From positions 96,001-160,000 of the forward strand of contig CBDBCZ010000014.1 in assembly GCA_965203295.1 (NCBI GenBank): 64,000 bases of DNA, written 5' to 3'. Shown here one piece after another: positions 1-38,100 of this stretch. The notes beneath the pieces were generated by a model. That model was not told the origin of the DNA and made no database searches. It was given only the letters and a program-made list of their open reading frames with translations. Each line of letters starts with the position of its first letter. Within the stretch, counting starts at the first letter, position 1. Source of the DNA: Nitrospirales bacterium (lineage in GTDB: Bacteria; Nitrospirota; Nitrospiria; Nitrospirales; UBA8639). Both the position numbers and the translations under genes were made by a program.

Positions 1-1042
1 CAGAGAGGTCTAACCCCGAAAATGGAACCAACCCCCCCCCCCCCCCCCCCCCCCCCAAAAAAAACTTGAGACAAAAGTTGTTTTGACTGCTTATGGGATA
101 CATATATTGTAGGTTTCTGAGGATGGAGGTAGGATTCATGCCTCAGAGTGGTGTTTTGTTTTGAGGTTTGCAATTTCATATGAATTATGTAAAATTGTGA
201 GTCTCAACATATAAAATGGAGAAGGTTGCAGACACCTTCTCCAGTTGTTATGTTGAGTCCCATGTTATACATGTAGTAGATGAAAGACTCACAAAAATGT
301 CAAGTATTGTAGCAAAAGTTACAAAATACCACTTCTAAGACTTGGAATGTGTTTACAAATTCGTTATTATAGATAATCAATAGAACATGGATTTGGGGGT
401 CAATTAGAATAAATCGTAGGGTTGAAAACCAATACCGAAAAGCAAGTGCTAAAATTGCACAAAAAATAAACTTGATACTTTATGAGCACATCACCAAGTT
501 TGGCAAGGATATGTTTGTTTTTTGTACTTGTATTCTCTACACTGCAACAATAAATTGAGTGGTTACTGTTCAGCAATATAGGGTTATAGCTCAGTTACAC
601 CTTGGCACCAAAGAATGCACAGTTACGTGCAGAGCAGCAGAGCATTTTATTCAGGGAACTCAAGCTAACAGTTTTTTTTTTTTTTTGGGGGGGTGGGGGA
701 ACCAGGTCGGTACAAGAGACGCATTGGTAACGGTCCTAATAGACCTCACATTCCTTCAAAAATCAGAGAAATCTGCTGGTAAAGCGGTCAACTTGTCTAC
801 ACATTTTGTAGACTGCAACTGAGATATGCATTCCATAGGTTACAGAAACCTTTCTACTTTTGTATTTTTGTGGATTAGACCACAGAGTAATCTTGAGTAT
901 GGGTATATTTCTATGGGTCAGAACACTCCGGTTCTTGGTCCTTCAATTACTATATCATGTATGTACTGGTATCAGGGTTTATGTACCATGCAGTAGGAGT
1001 AACCCAATCAGTTTAGTCAGTTGCAATCTAGTAAACGTGGTG

Positions 1043-1460
1043 ACAGCCCCTCCCCCTCCTCACTTGGCAACAGCCCCTCCCCCTCCTCACTTGGCCACAG
1101 CCCCTCCCCCTCCTCACTTGGCCACAGCCACTTCTCCCCCATTGGGACACAGCCACTCCCTTCCTCATTTGGCTACAGCCACTCCTTCCCTCTTCACAGA
1201 CACTCCCCTTCTCACTTTACCATAGCCGCTACTCCCCTCCCCGCCTCCAGACACAGCCATTCCCCTCCTCACATAACCTCAGCCACTCCCCCTCCTCACT
1301 TGACCACAGCCACTCCCCCTCCCCATTTGGCTACAGCCATTCCCCCTCCTCACCCAACAGCAGCCACTCCCCCTCCTCACTTAACCTCAGCCACTCCCCC
1401 TCCTCACTCAACTGCAGCCGCAACTCCCCTCCTCACTTGACCACAGCCGCTACTCTTCCT
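1043..1460. repeat. 27-bp C-rich minisatellite
   Basis: About 15 degenerate copies of ccacagcc(a/c)ctccccctcctcacttg; source of the TAPPPPHLA-type ORFs. Confidence 0.85.
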
Positions 1461-1489
1461 TCCCCCCGGCACTGGAAAAGGCAATGGAG

Positions 1490-2296
1490 CAAGGCATCGG
1501 GCAGGGAATCGGGCATCAGGCTCGGCAATGAGCCAGGGCATTGGGCCAGGTATCGGGCCGAGCATTGGGATGGGCATCGGGCCAGGCGTCAGGCTGAGAT
1601 CGGGTTGAGCATAGGTGCTGGGCCAGGCTTCAGGCCAGGCATCGAGCTGGGCATAGGGTCAGGTGCTAGGCCAGGCTTCAGGCCAGGCATCGAGCTGGGC
1701 ATAGGGTCAGGTGCTGGGCCAGGCTACAGGCCAGGCATCGAGCTGGGCATAGGGTCAGGTGCTGGGCCAGGCTTCAGGCCAGGCATCGAGCTGGGCATAG
1801 GGTCAGGTGCTGGGCCAGGCTACAGGCCAGGCATCGAGCTGGGCATAGGGTCAGGTGCTGGGCCAGGCTTCAGGCCAGGCATCGAGCTGGGCATAGGGTC
1901 AGGTGCTGGGCCAGGCATCGAGCTGGGCATCAGGCCAGGCATTGGGCTGGGTGTCATGCTGGGTGTCAGGCTGGTCATCTGGTTGGGCATCGGTTCAGGC
2001 GTCAGGTTAGGTGTCCGGTTGGGTGTCAGGTATCGAGCTGGGCATTGGGTCGGGTGTCAGACTGGGAATAAGGCTGAGGATTGAGTTGGGCATCGGGCCA
2101 GGTGTCAAGCCAGTTGTCGGGCCAGGCATCGGGAAGGTGGTTAGTCTGGGCGTCAGGCTGGGCATCAGGCAAGGCGTCGGGTCGGGCATCGGGCTAGGCA
2201 TTGGGCTAGGTGTCCAGCTGGGCATCGGGACAGACGTTGGGATGGTGTTGGGTTAGGCATTAGGTTGGGCCTCGGGCCAGGCGTTCAGCCGGGCAT
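1490..2296. repeat. GC-rich minisatellite with a 12-bp base unit and a 48-bp higher-order repeat at about 1620-1910
   Basis: About 6 near-perfect copies of gggccaggct(t/a)caggccaggcatcgagctgggcatagggtcaggtgct, flanked by degenerate ggcatcgggc-type units. Confidence 0.9.
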
Positions 2297-2512
2297 TGCA
2301 CCGTTTAGCCACCGTCATCAGTTAGAATGCACATCTCAACTGTGAAAAAACAAGGAAGGGGCTGGTATGAATTTATTTTTGTTTACTGTTATGGTACCTA
2401 AAATGTATGAATATGTAGAGAAATAGATCTGCCCACACAACCGTACAGGTATGCATATGTTCACGTATACAAGAATAAATAAGTACATTGTATATAAAAC
2501 TAGTGAATACTG

Positions 2513-2673
2513 AGCATAGTGGGGCGAGCGTCATGCCATTGAAATAGGTATTTGAAGTATTTGCGGTATTATAGGACCATGCATCCGTACGCACGCACGC
2601 ACGCACGCACGCACAGACAAAATCGCCATTCACAACACTAAGGGGGGGGGCTCGCTCACGCTCGCCCCAATAA
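2513..2673 (-). mobile_element. Short DINE/Helentron-like repeat; a relative lies at about 13596-13938
   Basis: Both copies run gca..gtggggcgagcgt ... acgcacagacaaa ... cacta..g.ggggctcgctcacgctc.cccaat. Confidence 0.55.
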
Positions 2674-3300
2674 CAACACTCATGGCAGGAGAGATGGTAA
2701 CAGTGTCCATATTACATGTACAGTATCCACCCAGAGGAGGAATGGAGCAAGGCCCTAAGCCATTGTCAATAACGCATGATGTCATGTATACGTAATAGCA
2801 TCTACTGAGACAGTATGCAAAGGTATACGGTATCTGGCCTAAAGAAAGTGTCGTCGCTCTACAACCTTTGAGGGGACGGGTGGGAACGCCTCCTTAAAAA
2901 CCTTGGCTTCCAAGTATGGAGGTGTGCTGCAGGCTTGAATGTAGTGGATTCTCAGTGAGAATTGCAAAATAATACTATGGTAATTAAGGTAGCGGTTTTA
3001 CAACTCAGTTTTTAGCTATTTTACTTTGAAATCTGCTAAACTACACAAGATCACTTGTGGAGCGGCTATTACTGCTCCTCTCTGCCCAAATAACTAATTG
3101 CATTCCACTACAGCACACTGATCACTTCCAACTTCCTGTGATACTCACAAGAGCTGTTATCACCAGCAGGAAGTTACTGAGTTGGCTTCCCACAACTCAA
3201 TTACTGACTCTGTAAGAGTGGGCGACAGTTCTGGTTTACCACTTAGCTGAAGAATATTCCTTCCTTAATTAGTATAGTTCTCGGGTGGCTCTGGTATAAT

Positions 3301-3690
3301 AATTCGGAACGGTTCTCACATTACCACCCACGGATCAAACTAAACTAATCTGTACGATCTCAAACACTGGCAGTGCACTTCAACTTCACGCGTCTGATCA
3401 CTAATTATCCATGCTCACTACAGCTGTGCCGTCAGAGCCCCGTTAGGAGCCGACAGCATGGGTAATTAGTGATCAGACGCGTGAAGTTGAAGTGCACTGC
3501 CAGTGTTCGAGATTGTACAGATTAGTTTTGATTACTCTGTGAGCTAACTGTAGCAGGGACTACTATGGTAGCCTGCTACCTGGCAGAGTGCGGTTGCCAA
3601 CTGATGAGTCCCACCGCAATAGAAATAAGGGACGAAAGGTACCTTTTGGCTGTCTGATCCATGGGTGGTAATGTGAGAACCGTTCCAAAT
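3301..3690. mobile_element. Palindromic (foldback/MITE-like) element with nested inverted repeats
   Basis: Outer arms ggaacggttctcacattaccaccca at about 3305-3335 and 3655-3687; inner arms of about 73 bp at 3341-3414 and 3457-3529. Confidence 0.75.
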
Positions 3691-4362
3691 ATTCCTTCCT
3701 GTGTCAAAGTTTGATATAGCATAATGTATGTCTGAAGTTAGGTATAGTATATAGTACAGTGCCACTACGTAATTCAACAAAATTTACGAAGATGAGAGAT
3801 TTGCACCGTGTTCCCCGAAAGGTCGACGTTTGTCACCCAGAGATAAAAGCACCAAATGGAGCAAGTAGGTCATAGTTTATCAGTAAAACTAGTTCAGCAT
3901 TCCAGTGGAGGCATTTGGTAGAGTAGTAACACAGGACTACGGGTGTACAGCCTGTTACGTACATGTATACAGAAGCCATTCATTTCTATTAGAACAGGAA
4001 GTGCAGGAATTTATATACATTACTGCCCAACAACAACCATACTTTAGGCAAGCACATGCAGCGATACTGAATTTGAGTGATATTTTAGGGTATCGGCTGT
4101 ACACAAACAAATTCACATCTTGGTGCACATGTTCAAAGCACTGATCTACCGACAATTTCCGAGGAGGAAACTGTTCACGATTTGGTCATGCTGAACATTT
4201 TACAGAAATGAATTCGCGGACTGCTAAGGATTCATGATACATGTGGCCCTGCTGCATAGCGCAAAACACTTCGTGAACTTAATAAGACACAGCTACGAAA
4301 ATTGTCAATTTTTCTTGCACCCCGAAATTTGGTGCTATAAACAATTACCTTTTATGTAATAT

Positions 4363-4683
4363 TTTAGATACCAGTTGGCAGTGCATTATGAGATTTAGTT
4401 AGTGCACGAGGACAATTACCTTTACCAACCAATGACGCATATATGCGTCATGAGCTCCCATAAGCCCATATGAATTTATATGGGGGTTAATACTAGGCGT
4501 TAATACTTTGTACAGGCTTTTCTGCTTCTTTAAGCTGTTTCTTATGGTTGGTAAAGGGTTAAGTAACGGTCGAGGGCGGATAGTGCATGAGCCGAAGGCG
4601 AGTGCATTATCCGCTCGAGATCGTTACTTAATTGTCCAAGCGAACTAACCAGTCCCGTAATGCACTGCCAACTGGTATCTAAA
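4363..4683. mobile_element. Palindromic element with a piggyBac-like MITE nested in its left arm
   Basis: tttagataccagttggcagtgcatta at the left pairs with taatgcactgccaactggtatctaaa at the right, around a gagccgaaggcgag centre. The insert at about 4418-4558 runs cctttaccaacca...tggttggtaaaggg|ttaa. Confidence 0.7.
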
Positions 4684-5491
4684 GTATTTAGTTCACTCAC
4701 TGACCTGAGACAGCCACAGTTCTGTTGGGCGTTATTTAGAAAAAGTGTGCACTAAGTTATTAATGCACGCTTAAGTGTGCATTAACAACTTAGTGCACAC
4801 TTCCGTGTACATTAAGCGATATAATGCGCGGTCATGTGATCGATTTTGAGACTTCTGATTCGTCGAAGGTCACATGAGTAGCACTATAAACATGTATATG
4901 CTGGTCCATTAATCACCCCTGCCCCCTAACACACACAGGCTGGAGGACAAGGGATGGTCTCAGCAACCTTTAATTCACACACAGAGCTTTTTCTGCATGT
5001 GTGTGAATTAAAGTCTCTTTGTGAATTAATTAACTCTTTGAACGCCATGGGCACATTTATGTACCCATATAAAATAGAAAAAAAGTACCTTATGTTAACG
5101 CCTAATATAATATGCCAATATAAATTCTCATTAGTTTTATGGATGTATTAAAACTCGGCTGGGAAAGAGATAAAGTCTCTTTGTTCTGCATGAGTGCTGC
5201 CGAAAAAAAATTTCCACTATTTTATAATAAAAATGCTTTCAAACTAATATGGAATTTGCAATAATTATGTTCCATTTCAATTAGCAATGAATTGAATAGC
5301 AAAACGCAGCGAGATGCCACAGAAACACCAATGCTTCCAGCTGTTCAACATTTTCAGAAAGGCCCACCTTCTAAAAAAAGCATCCTTACACTTAGAATAG
5401 TTTAAAATTATGAAATACTAGTGGTGCCTTAATTACTATATGCAGTTACCAGATGATACGACCGCCCTGAAATAAGGACACCTCTATACTA

Positions 5492-5820
5492 ATAACCCTT
5501 TACCAACCATACAAAACAGTTTAAAGAAGCAGAAAAACTTGTACAAAATATTAACACCTAGTACTAAAACCCCCATATATAGCTAGGTTTTGGGAGCTCA
5601 TGACGCGTATATGCGTCATTGGTGGGTAAAGAGTTAATTAAGGACACTTTGCTATATACATGTATGTCCCAAATATGTTAACCCTTTCACCGGTGTAGCC
5701 TCCATATAGAGGCAAGGAAGTACAAAAAAGCCTATACTTTATATTGACGCCTAATATAAAAAGCCCATATAAATTGATATGGGCCTTATGGGAGCGAGAA
5801 TCCACCGGTGAAAGGGTTAA
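5492..5820. mobile_element. Two adjacent piggyBac-like MITEs of about 140 bp
   Basis: 5492-5637 is an inverted relative of the 4418-4558 insert. 5679-5820 reads ttaa|ccctttcaccggtg...caccggtgaaaggg|ttaa, with TTAA duplication and CCC/GGG ends. Confidence 0.75.
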
Positions 5821-6130
5821 CACTGAAATTAGAGCACCTCTCTAAACAGGGCAATACACCAGATCCCCAAGGTGTCCACAATAAAGGGGTTCCTGAAATG
5901 AGAACACCTAGCTCTCTATACAGGGCACTACACCAGGTCCCCAAGGTGGAAGATTGGAGGTATGTGTTCTACTGTAAGTGTGTACATTACAGCATGTGTC
6001 AGTACATAAACTCATTCTGATGGTTAATGGTGTAGCAACACTGACAGACTAAACAACCACGCCAGCATTTGCACTTTTTACAGCTGTGACTACCAGAGGA
6101 GGTTGAACATGCAGTAATTAACTTTAATAT

Positions 6131-6290
6131 ACATTACCATGGCAACCACTCTTTCCCATGCTTATACTGCAGCACTCAAAGGAGGCCACATACAGGGATC
6201 ATTGCTATACCAATGTATATTAAATATGTTAAAGGACAGTTTGGGTGAGTGGTTAAACTCCCTTCACCCAAACTGCCCTTTAACTATTAT
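6131..6290 (+). repeat. Local dispersed duplication of about 160-180 bp; second copy at 9177-9358
   Basis: acattaccatggcaaccact...cactcaaaggaggccacatacagggatcattgctataccaatgta followed by the hairpin gttaaagg..agtttgggt/acccaaact..cctttaac in both copies. Confidence 0.8.
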
Positions 6291-7453
6291 TTAATGCATG
6301 CAGTCACATGACACTTCATTACATTCATGTTGCATTCCAGCTTGCAATAATAGCCCCCTGAAAGTCGCAACGCTATGCTACAGAGTACTGATTAAAGCTA
6401 CGTAGGTAAATGTCAAAAAAGAGGTAGCAAGCAAGCACTGAAATGACCATTCAGCATTTCGAAGGATTCTGTGTGATTCTGTGGTGTCAGAGGTGTGACC
6501 AGCCTGAGCGAAGAAACTGGTATACACATACCAGTAAATCTATATTATGCTCGAATCTCATTGAGTATACATGTACACATTTCTGATAAACCTTGAGGAA
6601 CAGGCATGGTCTGACTAGCTTGTACTACAGTTACTGGCTGCAGTAGTGGTGAGTTTAGCCATTTTGGCACTCCAATGGGGCATCGTACGATCAAGGTACT
6701 GCCATTTATATTCACTCATCTTGCTAACTGAAATTAAGCAAAAAAAGCTAATTTCTTGCTACCACTACTTCTAGTACGTACATGCATGTGAGAACAGTGT
6801 AATCTATATACTACATTCTCTGTGTCTTCAGCTTAACACAGCTATGTATATTTCTTTGTAGCGTGTGTGGTCAACAAAAGTGCCAACAGTACAATATTAT
6901 AGATAGACTGTAATGTAATGAAGTGAAATGGCAGGTTGGGGGAGTAAGCTACATGTAGCTACTGCTACATTGCGTTAAATGACAGCAGCTATAGCTGATC
7001 AGTACTACAAGATCACAACTAACAAGAAAAGCTGGCTGGTTCAGTTGTCGTTCCCCTAGTCCCATGCCCAGCCGCACGTTAGCAAGGTGGGTATGGCATT
7101 GGAGCAGCGATACATCACCAAACAGATGTCACAATTACAGTATCCATACATGTGGCCACTACTATGGCCTACTGCAACTGTATTATCTGTTTGGTGATGT
7201 AATACTATAATCAACCAATCACAATGCCTGTTCGGAACTGGGACCGCTGATGTAATGCCGCCCCAACTTTGAATATACAGGGCGCCAGACCCACCTTTCT
7301 GATATGGGGCACAAGACTACATCAGCTACAGCCAAACTGGCTAGCCAGTACACCACATCACATTCCCCTGAAACCTAGTGGGCATACCCCAATTAGCACA
7401 CACAATTATTTCCCTCTGTATTTCATTCCTTACAGAGGCTTCCACTGTTATCG

Positions 7454-7628
7454 CAGCCAGACAGCTAGATACCTACATGTGACTTTAACCCTTTGGCTTC
7501 CTAGATTTGTGAATATTATTAGTCAGCCAGACAGCTAGATACCTACATGTGACTTTAACCCTTTGGCTTCCTAGATTTGTGAATATTATTAGTCAGCCAT
7601 ACAGCTAGATACCTACGTACATGTGACT
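7454..7628. repeat. 70-bp tandem repeat, about 2.5 copies
   Basis: Unit cagccagacagctagatacctacatgtgactttaaccctttggcttcctagatttgtgaatattattagt. Confidence 0.9.
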
Positions 7629-7826
7629 GTGAATACAACAGGGGAAGTCGCTCTGTAGTCAAAGCTGCTCAGCAGGGAGTGGTCTCAATGATCAGTAGCC
7701 TCATTCCCAGGCCTCCACACAGCTTTTGTTGCTAAATGATCAGAGCATGCTCAAGAATACAGTCAATATTGACAACGGCAGGTCGCAGCTAGTGCGGAAA
7801 GGGTGGGCGTGTACGCACTCTGTAGT

Positions 7827-8893
7827 TACCCTGCGCGCGTATGCGCAAGCGGGGTTAAGTAATCAGTTTTGTCCATCTGTCGTCGTTGTCTTTCATAAAA
7901 ATTTTGAAAAATCTCTCTAACGGGCGATTTAGAGGCTATAACAACTTCTAAACAGGAGGTTAACGCTGAAATCCGTGATACATTACCTAGTCTGTACCTG
8001 ATATAGTAGAAAGCGGTTTTATTCTCGGCATTTCCACGCTGTTTCTGATTATCAGTGTGTTCCACCATTTTTTTTTAATACGGCAGTTGGTCACGCCTAC
8101 AGCTTGAATACGGACATACGCGAGCCCTCGAGTATGGTATACGAGTCTTTTATTCAACATGGAGCTTAGAAGAGATACTTAGATAGAGAGCATACTGGAG
8201 TATACGAAGAGAAACGCATGTATCATTACTACGGCGATCAGCCACGCCTACAGCTCACATATGGCATTACAGTCTGCAGGGTCCAGGAGCGCGGGGTATG
8301 TCTCTGCTAGTCTCGTGCCCAGCCCATCGCTCCTCCCCCTCGCCAGACGGTCTGGGCCGCGAAGTCGAATTCCTTGGGTTTATTCCCGGAATGTGGTAAA
8401 GACCAATGAGATCGCAGGATTTGTAATTATTACGTTTTGGAATGATATTACAGAACGATAAAATGGCGACGTTTGAATTTTTTGTCAAGATTTGGCAGCG
8501 GTTTGGATGAAGTAGCAGGTGACGCTAATTTATATGCTGCTTAGAAGTTTTAGCAACTACAATCTCGGTGAAAGAAGGGCTAGTTGAAGATCAACCCAAG
8601 GTATTTCTGCGGGTAAAGCAAGACTATATTTTTGTACTTGTACTGTACAATTTTGTGACTTTGCAGCTGAGAGTTGCTTTCTACACGAACGAATACACAG
8701 GAGAGCTCATAGAGAGTACGTTGTTTGACATGTACCTCTGTATACAAGCATTTCACACTTCAACTATTTAATTAACGTGCTCGTTGCTCCGCCCATAAAC
8801 CCAAGAAATTCGACTTCGCGGGCCAGACCGTCTGAGCGAGGGGAGGAGCGACGGTCTGGGCACGAGACTATGTCTCTGCTAGAGACCTCTAGT
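7827..8893 (+). mobile_element. Helentron/DINE-1-like non-autonomous element interrupted by a MITE
   Basis: 5' hairpin ttaccc.gcg...gcggggttaa, then a gtcc/gtc simple repeat, a 3' inverted copy gcggggta and a terminal stem-loop ctagagacctctag-t. Same family as 15497-16011 and 43769-44259. Confidence 0.65.
8308..8870. mobile_element. 563-bp MITE with long TIRs and a 9-bp target-site duplication (Mutator-like)
   Basis: TAGTCTCGTGCCCAG...CTGGGCACGAGACTA with inverted arms of about 80 bp; TGTCTCTGC at both 8299-8307 and 8871-8879. Confidence 0.85.
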
Positions 8894-9466
8894 TTGTTAC
8901 TGAAGACCTTTTCTTTTGCAGTTATCGACTTGGATCAATTGGCAGGCTTTAGAAGTTTCTCATACAATCGACGGGTCAAATTGTTCAGTGATCAAACATC
9001 AAAATCTGCATGGTCGACACAGCTAGTCTTGCAAAGTCACACCCTCTTGGTGTGGCTTGGAGAGACTATGGCCAATGGTCGAACCACTGAAAACAGCTAG
9101 TCAAAGTTTTGAACTGCACTTGCAGCTGTGAGTACAGAGCTTATCACCCCCTGTACATCATATTTAGCCTTAACGTACATTACCATGGCAACCACTTTTT
9201 CCCACGCTTATAGATCACTCAAAGGAGGCCACATACAGGGATCATTGCTATACCAATGTACATTAAATCAGTTAAAGGTCAGTTTGGGTAAGGGGTTAAA
9301 ATCCTCGGCTTCACCTTGGTCTTTAAATTCCCCTCACCCAAACTGACCTTTAACTATTACATAAACGGCGGAAGCGGTAGGACACGCCCACCTCAATTCA
9401 TTCACTCCAAGGGGCGTGTTTTTCCGCTTCCGCCGTTTAATGAAAAGTTGGTGCTCCAGTCCTTAC

Positions 9467-9552
9467 GTGTCTCCCGCCATCTTGTACTTCGTTACGACGA
9501 CGCCTTCAGCGATGGTCGGCTCCTCTTCTGACGAGTCCCCTTTCTCCGCAAT
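9467..9552 (-). pseudogene. PA2G4: Orphan first exon of a PA2G4/EBP1 (proliferation-associated 2G4)-like gene, with ATT where ATG is expected
   Basis: Minus strand reads (I)AEKGDSSEEEPTIAEGVVVTKYKMAGD then a GTAAGG donor (9466-9461). This matches the PA2G4 N-terminus as I recall it (human [26 protein letters not shown]). I recognised no further PA2G4 exons in 1-9460. Confidence 0.7.
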
Positions 9553-10065
9553 CTTGGGCTGCCTACAGAACTGCTCAGCGCAACTCTGTTGACTCCGGTA
9601 GCTGATCTATGGTGCAACAAATCCACGTGTTTTGTGCGCATGCGTATGCGTAAGCGCAAAACGATTCAGTGGGTGGGGCTCAGTGCAGTCTGCAGTGACC
9701 AGTGGGGGGACCATGCACCCAGACCCAGGCCATATAGACTCCCTAAACAGCTAATCTTACTTCTCCTGACCTTCGCTTTATCCATAGTAGGCGTTTTCTT
9801 CGTGCAACAGCATTAAAATTTTACAACATGCACTTATACTTTGTATGGTTTCGTTCCCAGACACCAGCGGATACTATTAAATTACAATGCCTTGTAGCTT
9901 TTTAAGTAGTACGCGTGCGTGCATCTTGTGCGGCTGCTCTCTTATCTGGATCTGCTGCTGCCTCGGCTGCTGCTGAAACGCCCGGATACGATTGCTGTGG
10001 CTTAACACTACAGTACTTCCGAGTTCAGGACTGCAAGATCGGGACACTGTGAAGAAGATTCGGAG
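9553..10065. promoter_or_regulatory. Candidate bidirectional promoter between the PA2G4-like exon and gene A
   Basis: About 510 bp, locally CpG-rich, between head-to-head first exons. Contains an E-box CACGTG (9624-9629) and an NRF1-like palindrome TGCGCATGCGTA (9635-9646). Confidence 0.45.
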
Positions 10066-36046
<25,981 letters not shown>

Positions 36047-38058
36047 ACACACACTGTGGCTTTGTTTCATAACTTATTGTGCTATTCATGCCATACAGAT
36101 GCACACGTGAACACAATTATTAGTGCTTGCATTGCTACAGTGGCTGACAGTGTTACATTAGATAGGATTTCTGTACCAAGAATAATTCTGCCTTGCCACA
36201 GCAATATTGCTGTATATATACTTGAGATGCATACTTTACATGCACTAATTAGTTGCTTCCTATGTACATGTATGTAACTTGAACTACTGTCGCAAACTGC
36301 TATTGCAGTTTTGATTGGTTTATGCATTATTATACCTATCTTTGTCATTCCTTGGCGTTATGTTCTTATAACTGTACATGCATGTGTAGTTATGTACATG
36401 TCAACGTTCGTCTTCTGTACCGTGACTTGCTGAATCTTTTAATAACGATGATTTTAAGTATACTTTGGCATATCATGCAGGTGATGTGACAGCTTGAGAA
36501 TCATCTATGCCATTCTCTGCAGCATACCTTCGTTTGATACTTCACTGTTTCTATGGTCCTGGATTGCTCTCTTGCTGCAGCTGCCTTTTTTGCATGCAGT
36601 TATAAGTTGATACATACAATAATAATATTAGTGTTTGTTTGTCACTACAATTCATCAGTATGTCTGAACCCATGCTATCTATACTGCCTTACATGTCAAT
36701 GAAGACAATATTAATAATGTGATTGAATTCAGATCCTGAATTGAATTAGATAATTATTGTAACAACTAATTAAATTTAACTATAATTATGGCAGGACGTA
36801 CAAAGAAGGGTGGTAGTTCCACAGAGTTAATCAATTGGCGCCTGAGGCTTCTTTGTGTACGAACGTTTTCGACTTGATTGTAATAATGAAACTTGACCAT
36901 GGGACATCAGATCAGTTGATGAGTAAATATCCACTAGACAGCTAGCTACATGGTTGCAGTACTGTAAGGAAGCCATCTGATGTGTTTTGGCACTACCTCG
37001 GGTTGTTTTAAAACCACTTAGCTACCTTGTATCAATATATGACATCCATAATTATGGAGAAGTTTGGGCCTAAAACCATAAACCTAATCTACTATCTATA
37101 TATATGCTAAAACGGACATTAGTTGAGTGGAGGTGAAAATCAATACCGTCTTTAAAGTTTCCTGGTGAAAATGCTTCGCACATGCATGATCAAAGGACCT
37201 TTGGAATTACTTTCGTTCATCATGCAGAAGCTGCCAGCGAAATTGAGATGGCTATATAAAACAGCTGCCGTTTACTTTCACAACCAGTTCGAAATTCCAG
37301 CTAAAAAGAAGAGATGGCCTACAACCAGCGGTGAAGGTAAGGCAATAGTAAAAGTCTCAGAACCTTGGTACAACCAAGCAAGGCTGGTCCAGGATAGGTT
37401 TAATCATAGATTACTATTAACTATGGTTTAATTGCCAGGGTCACCACTGCAGCTATACCAACAGTCACACATGTAGGCTTGAGATAATTATGCTGGAATA
37501 ATTTTAGAATAATAGCAAAAACATTAGAATAAAGAATAATTCTAATAGTAGCAAGCCTCAGCATTTTTGGTGGCCCGCGCCCGGATGAGTGGGCCAGCAA
37601 TGCATGAGGACTGGGTGCTCAATAGATCGAGTTTTTTCTTTGGTTGAGTGCCTAGCTAGCACTCTACGATAGTATCAATCGCATCTGAATGAGTGGCTGG
37701 TGTATTAATGTTGACAAGTCAATGTGTAGTTGTCTTTCCTAGAATGCTCACTTATGTAACAGTATAGCAACAGACAAATAGTAGCAAAAAAATGGCAGAA
37801 TAATAGCAATAAATCAAAGAATTTGAGAATAGAATAATTGCAAGCATAATTATCCCAAGCCTACACACAAGAGGTAACCGCTCTGGCAGTTTCCCCGCCT
37901 CCTGCACACACAACGGACGGTTCCAGCGCCAGCAAAGCTCCAAGAACGACAACCTAGGATCTTAGAATGCTCATTTCAACTGTAGCGAACGCTTTCAAAG
38001 TCTAAAGTGCGAAGCTATTCCTTGAACAAAGCACACAAATAACACACCGTCGCAGAGG

Positions 38059-38100
38059 TAGTCTCGTGCCCAGCCCAACGTGGGGCTGAGCACGAGACTA
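38059..38100. mobile_element. 42-bp hairpin MITE of the same family
   Basis: TAGTCTCGTGCCCAGCCC..GGGCTGAGCACGAGACTA; flanks tcgcagagg and ttgcagagg (8/9 match). Confidence 0.75.

Noticed and set aside
1437..2084. 215-aa Gly-rich ORF as a collagen or silk-like protein
   Set aside because: No Gly-X-Y periodicity, signal peptide or supported start; explained by the minisatellite.
6631..6695. Hydrophobic exon-like stretch LLAAVVVSLAILALQWGIVRS as an alternative signal-peptide exon for gene A
   Set aside because: No in-frame ATG (upstream stop), and it ends in phase 2 while exon 13311 needs phase 1. The 10066-10135 exon fits and resembles the B and C leaders.
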